In this document: positions 60,231-64,000 of the stretch, piece by piece | Position numbering within the stretch: the stretch's first letter is position 1 | Layout of the letters: every line of letters begins with the position of its first letter | From: a virus | DNA length: 64,000 nt | IMG/VR virus record: IMGVR_UViG_3300028840_000789 | Location: 3,687-67,686 of that record | Reading direction: 5' to 3' (one strand) | Notes under the pieces: model-generated | The model's input: only the letters and a program-made list of their open reading frames with translations | Told to the model about the DNA's origin: nothing | Database searches by the model: none | Made by a program: the position numbers and the translations under genes

Positions 60231-60828
60231 AAAGAAAAATGAATTAGCAACAAAACATGTTACTGTAATTGGTGGTACTCTCATTAACCTACGAGATGCG
60301 GATACTTTTGGTGAAGCAATCGGCGATCTTTTTGTAGAGTTTGCTGATGCACCTGCATTTGATGCATGGTCACTAGATGTACATGAGCAAATCGTGGAAG
60401 GTAATTCACCTCATGATGGTAGAATCTCTGATCTACTATTAGAAGGTTTAAATATTGCCATGAAAGAGGGTGTTACTGAAGTGACTCCTCAATTCGTTGT
60501 TCATATAAGCCTGGCTATTGGTAGAATGTTACAGTCTGCTGCTAGTAGGCGACACGAACGCATGGAAGAACTCATGAACGAAAGCATGGGAGAACTCAAT
60601 GACAAGATGAAAGACTTAATGGAACATCTACATTTGGGTGAAACTACTCCGGAAGAGTGCCATGATTGTGAACATTATGATGAGTGTACCAGCCCTTTAA
60701 AGGCTGATAAGAGCGAGATAGCGGAGTACAAGGGACAGATGGAAGTGGACGATGATCTTGCTACTCTGATTAAGGAAGTGCAGGATGAGATTAAGAAAGA
60801 GTTGAATGGTGATGATGAGGAGCCTTAA
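60223..60828 (+). CDS. Acidic hypothetical protein with a CxxC...C motif (~201 aa)
   Basis: Start MSEKKNEL overlapping the upstream stop; CHDCEHYDEC. Confidence 0.7.
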   Translation: MSEKKNELATKHVTVIGGTLINLRDADTFGEAIGDLFVEFADAPAFDAWSLDVHEQIVEGNSPHDGRISDLLLEGLNIAMKEGVTEVTPQFVVHISLAIGRMLQSAASRRHERMEELMNESMGELNDKMKDLMEHLHLGETTPEECHDCEHYDECTSPLKADKSEIAEYKGQMEVDDDLATLIKEVQDEIKKELNGDDEEP

Positions 60829-60847
60829 ATAGGCTGGAACCAAGTTG

Positions 60848-60878
60848 GGGGGCAAGGAAACTTGCTCCCTTCTTTTAT
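60848..60878 (+). terminator. Terminator-like hairpin directly upstream of the twister ribozyme
   Basis: GGGGGCAAG-GAAA-CTTGCTCCC followed by TTCTTTTA. Confidence 0.7.
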
Positions 60879-60879
60879 T

Positions 60880-60940
60880 ATATGTAGTAATGTAGCCAAT
60901 GACGGTCACAAGCCCGTATAAAATACAGAGTGATACATAT
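60880..60940 (+). ncRNA. Twister self-cleaving ribozyme, type P1
   Basis: P1 ATATGTA/TACATAT; U^AA cleavage site 60888/60889; P2 TGTA/TACA; P4 ACGG/CCGT with loop TCACAAGC; pseudoknots CAC/GTG and GC/GC; conserved GA on the 3' side of L1. Confidence 0.9.
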
Positions 60941-60958
60941 GAACTTAATTAAAATACA

Positions 60959-61624
60959 ATGCGTAAATTTGTCTTAACATTAAGCGTGTTGATCATGATG
61001 GTCAACACTGCTTACGTGAGTCCCCACGAAAGCGGGACAGATGATGGCGTTCGTGTTGGTGATACTAGAAATGGTTGGCAAAAGTTTGTTGATCGTATTA
61101 AGTATGGCCAAGATGATGCTGAGTACAAGCGGTTCAATCCTATCTATGCCTTTAAGAAGGAGATAAAGATGATGGGAATGCACCGTGATAAGGTTCGCAA
61201 GAAAGCTAAACGACTAGCTCGTAGATTTAATGGTCGTTATGCTGAAGGCGAAGGCTTTAAGGGCGTCTACTATATATTTGTAGAGTGGACAATGCCAGAC
61301 ACTAAAGGTTATTTAAGATACCACCGGAACTATTACTATTTCAAAGGTGGGCCATTCTTAGATGGCTATCAGTATGTTACTGGTGAAGAGGAGCTATACA
61401 GCTTGATCTTAAAGAGTTGTGAGATTGCTGCCAAAGGTGGTAGTCAGGAGTGTAAACGTGTAAAACCTCATAGATATCTTATTAGTAGGTTTGACATTGC
61501 AAACTTGTACACGTTTCACAATCCGATTGACCATGTATTTGTATCATTCGGTGCAGAACATGATCCTGCTGGTATTAAACCAGATCGTTTTCAAATGAGT
61601 GTTTATCGTCAAGAATTAATGTAA
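60959..61624 (+). CDS. Exported protein with a signal peptide, 221 aa
   Basis: MRKFVLTLSVLIMMVNTA N-terminus; AT-rich leader following the ribozyme. Confidence 0.7.
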   Translation: MRKFVLTLSVLIMMVNTAYVSPHESGTDDGVRVGDTRNGWQKFVDRIKYGQDDAEYKRFNPIYAFKKEIKMMGMHRDKVRKKAKRLARRFNGRYAEGEGFKGVYYIFVEWTMPDTKGYLRYHRNYYYFKGGPFLDGYQYVTGEEELYSLILKSCEIAAKGGSQECKRVKPHRYLISRFDIANLYTFHNPIDHVFVSFGAEHDPAGIKPDRFQMSVYRQELM

Positions 61625-61848
61625 TGGATGATATAACAGCGCGGGAACTTCTTGCTTTTATAAGTAAGAATCTACAGATGCCTCACTTTGGTTTGTATCC
61701 TCCAGAGGATGCTCATAGAATGGCGACTGTTAATGCCTTGCGTCTTATTGATAAGATTGCAGAGATGCGTGGTCTTGACTATGAGACTAACGGAAAAGAG
61801 TTTAATCAAATAATTGAAACATTCGAACATGGCGAAGAGAAAAGCTAA
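61624..61848 (+). CDS. Hypothetical protein, 74 aa
   Basis: TAATG coupling to the upstream gene. Confidence 0.6.
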   Translation: MDDITARELLAFISKNLQMPHFGLYPPEDAHRMATVNALRLIDKIAEMRGLDYETNGKEFNQIIETFEHGEEKS

Positions 61849-62332
61849 AGGTGGCTACAACCAATCACGACCTACTGAACGTAAGCGTGGTAAAATGAGC
61901 AGACGTGTACGTGACCCCAGATGTGATGAGGTTGCTACCGTAAGAGGATTTGTCAACAAGCTCCAACAGGGTAGGCTACGTACTGGTGGAAATCAAATGT
62001 CAAAGCGATTGCTCAATGATATGATTCACTCCAAGAAGAAATCAGCCTTTAAAGATGATCCTACTGGACATACCAATGCGGATTTGAATCGGTGTTCCGA
62101 ATCATCCCGGCTTAAACTTGCTATTCGTGTAGCGTCTACTTATAAAAGACGTGGTGCAAGGGAGATCTATGGTATGCCAAAGGATGCTTGGAGACGAATG
62201 GTCAAACGTGCAAAGCGAGGTGCTCAAGAGGTACATGGTAAAACACAACCATCTGCCAAAGAGAAGCGCCTTCAAAAGATTACTGGTCTACCCTATAGCC
62301 AGGTAAGAGAAATGATAGCAGCGCAGAAGTAA
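61829..62332 (+). CDS. Highly basic protein (~167 aa), probably nucleic-acid binding
   Basis: K/R-rich; start MAKRKAK; C-terminal helix-turn-helix-like KITGLPYSQVRE. Confidence 0.65.
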   Translation: MAKRKAKGGYNQSRPTERKRGKMSRRVRDPRCDEVATVRGFVNKLQQGRLRTGGNQMSKRLLNDMIHSKKKSAFKDDPTGHTNADLNRCSESSRLKLAIRVASTYKRRGAREIYGMPKDAWRRMVKRAKRGAQEVHGKTQPSAKEKRLQKITGLPYSQVREMIAAQK

Positions 62333-62397
62333 GTGGAAGAGGTGCTGTAAACTATACTCCAATTAAAACAAGTATTAACGGAAAAAATCGTAGAAAA

Positions 62398-62937
62398 ATG
62401 GAAAGTCGTTTATTGATTGTAACTGGAATATCGGATGAAAAGACCGATAAGAATGGAATGCCTTATGTAACCGTATCGGTTAGTCAGCCATCTCGTAAGA
62501 GAATTACTGACGAGGCAACAGGTGAGTCTTACATTGTTAAGACAAAAGCTCGAAGTACTGCATTTAATGCGTGGAAACATAGCTATTTGGAAGTTGCTGG
62601 TATTGCCAAGGATCTTGGGAAAGAGATCGAAGCACTCAAGCCTAACGAGTATGCTGATGCCAAGCCTGATTTCGCTTATACCCTTGAAGAAGGTGACCGC
62701 GTAGAAGGCGACATCATCACTCGGGAAGTCGAGCCTTATTCAATCGTGAATGAGGAGACTGGTGAAGAGCGTGAGGTTGATACCTACAGTTGTGCTGTTC
62801 TCGGTAACACATCCGATGCTTCTTTTAAGAACCTCATTAAGCAGACCTTTAACAGGAATGGTCATGAGGTACTGGAAGGTGCTGTCGATGATGCTGTTAT
62901 CGCAACTAAAACACGTGAGAACGTATTTCAGGACTAA
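62398..62937 (+). CDS. OB-fold / ssDNA-binding-like protein, 179 aa
   Basis: K.DKNG.PY and G..V.G.I....VEPY.I pattern; beta-rich and acidic; followed by a terminator; function inferred. Confidence 0.5.
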   Translation: MESRLLIVTGISDEKTDKNGMPYVTVSVSQPSRKRITDEATGESYIVKTKARSTAFNAWKHSYLEVAGIAKDLGKEIEALKPNEYADAKPDFAYTLEEGDRVEGDIITREVEPYSIVNEETGEEREVDTYSCAVLGNTSDASFKNLIKQTFNRNGHEVLEGAVDDAVIATKTRENVFQD

Positions 62938-62967
62938 ATAGTCCATCTGGAGGATAGTTTAATCATG

Positions 62968-63004
62968 AAAGCAGGGGGAGAGATCCCCTTGCTTTTACTT
63001 ATTT
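62968..63004 (+). terminator. Intrinsic terminator
   Basis: AAAGCAGGGGGA-GAGA-TCCCCTTGCTTT followed by TACTTATTT. Confidence 0.75.
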
Positions 63005-63020
63005 ATTAATAGAAGAAATC

Positions 63021-63485
63021 ATGAAAGAAGAATTAATATCATTTGAAACAGCTTTACTGGCTAGGAAGAAGGGATTCCGGTTCACTAGTTATCGTAAGGC
63101 AGGGTATCTTACTCATGACTACTACAAGCATCCGGAAGGAAGTTTTGTTGAAAGAGATGATGAAGGCGATATCTTTACTGAACCACAATGGAGATCATCT
63201 ATAGTTAATGGTCAAAGATCTAAACTTAGAATGAGTCATCTATTAAATGATCGTATTGTTTATGCTTTTACTCAATCACTAGTACAACGGTGGCTAAGAG
63301 AAGAACATGATATTCATGTATGGGTACAACCTAACTATATAAGGCGTGATGGTAAACAAACTTACTCTTATTACGTTACAGGAAGTCCCCCCTCACAAAG
63401 AATATCTAATGCAGTACAAATTGGTACTTACGAAGAAGCATTGGAACAAGGTCTTATTAAAGGTCTTAAATTAATAGAATTATGA
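63021..63485 (+). CDS. Conserved Bacteroidota-phage protein of unknown function, 154 aa
   Basis: ISFETA.L...KGF, TQSL.Q.WLRE.H.I.V and TYEEALE.GL motifs. Confidence 0.75.
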   Translation: MKEELISFETALLARKKGFRFTSYRKAGYLTHDYYKHPEGSFVERDDEGDIFTEPQWRSSIVNGQRSKLRMSHLLNDRIVYAFTQSLVQRWLREEHDIHVWVQPNYIRRDGKQTYSYYVTGSPPSQRISNAVQIGTYEEALEQGLIKGLKLIEL

Positions 63486-63880
63486 AAGAAGCCGAATACA
63501 AGAGAAGTGAACTTTGGTATAATCGTAAAACCAAAGAGAAAGAACCTATTCCTGAGATGACACCTGCTCAATTAAGCATTAAGATTCGTATTACAGGTCG
63601 TCGTATTCGAGATCACAAAGCAAAGCTGGATAAAATATATGATCTCCGAAGATCCCTGATTCGAACAATGGTAAAGAAAGGGAATCGAATAAAGACATTG
63701 GAAGAGCTACAATCCCACAGCAGCTTTATTATTACCGGGCCTGCTGTAACAGGTTCACCTGGTGCTGTCATCAATTATCCTACAGTTGTTGAACATGGTA
63801 TTGATATTGATGACTATCTTGAGAAAGGTTACTTCATTAAGTTTGAAGAAATATCCGAAGATGATGAAGACAATCTCTAA
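63482..63880 (+). CDS. Hypothetical protein, 132 aa
   Basis: ATGA overlap; I.EMT..QL motif and coiled segment. Confidence 0.65.
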   Translation: MKEAEYKRSELWYNRKTKEKEPIPEMTPAQLSIKIRITGRRIRDHKAKLDKIYDLRRSLIRTMVKKGNRIKTLEELQSHSSFIITGPAVTGSPGAVINYPTVVEHGIDIDDYLEKGYFIKFEEISEDDEDNL

Positions 63881-64000
63881 AGAAAGGGTATATAGAATCT
63901 AGCTCCACTCCTTAGAGGGCGGAGGACTTGGACAAGCAAGAGTTGGTCACTTGCATTTGTCATAGGAATTGTGTATATTACTGGATTCCACAAAGATATG

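Noticed and set aside
63969-63984. TTGTGTATATTACTGG resembles the hairpin-ribozyme loop B strand (UUGUGGUAUAUUACCUGG)
   Set aside because: The partner AGAAACA strand and a paired AGAA/NGUC loop A were not found in the window
1-64000. Stop-codon reassignment (TAG or TGA), known in some crAss-like phages
   Set aside because: Standard-code ORFs tile the window densely, including a 5331-aa gene; TAG and TGA both end genes at sensible boundaries
1-64000. tRNA genes, integrase, reverse transcriptase or DGR elements
   Set aside because: No cloverleaf with T-loop consensus in intergenic space, and no recombinase or RT motifs or template/variable repeat pairs noticed by eye

Overview
This 64-kb window is a segment of a crAss-like (Crassvirales-type) podovirus genome that probably infects a Bacteroidota host and uses the standard genetic code. 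Positions 1-54980 form one minus-strand block. Read in its direction of transcription it holds a RepL-like HTH gene, small genes (including a permuted papain-like hydrolase and a GroES-like protein), terminase large subunit, portal, scaffold-like protein, major capsid protein, ring, auxiliary-capsid and muzzle proteins, cargo proteins, a 5331-aa virion RNA polymerase polyprotein (DFDVD motif), and tail hub and fibre genes. A divergent ~700-bp non-coding region (54981-55681) carries iteron-like and other repeats. From 55682 a plus-strand block of small, probably early, genes begins, many of them membrane- or lipoprotein-like, separated by highly structured intergenic segments. One of these is a clear type-P1 twister self-cleaving ribozyme (60880-60940), placed just after a terminator-like hairpin and just before a signal-peptide gene. 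Several others (notably 56942-57252) fold into complex structures I cannot assign to a known family. A lipoprotein gene split by a frameshift (59338-60230) is missed by the ORF track. All calls come from reading motifs and gene order by eye; no database searches were run.
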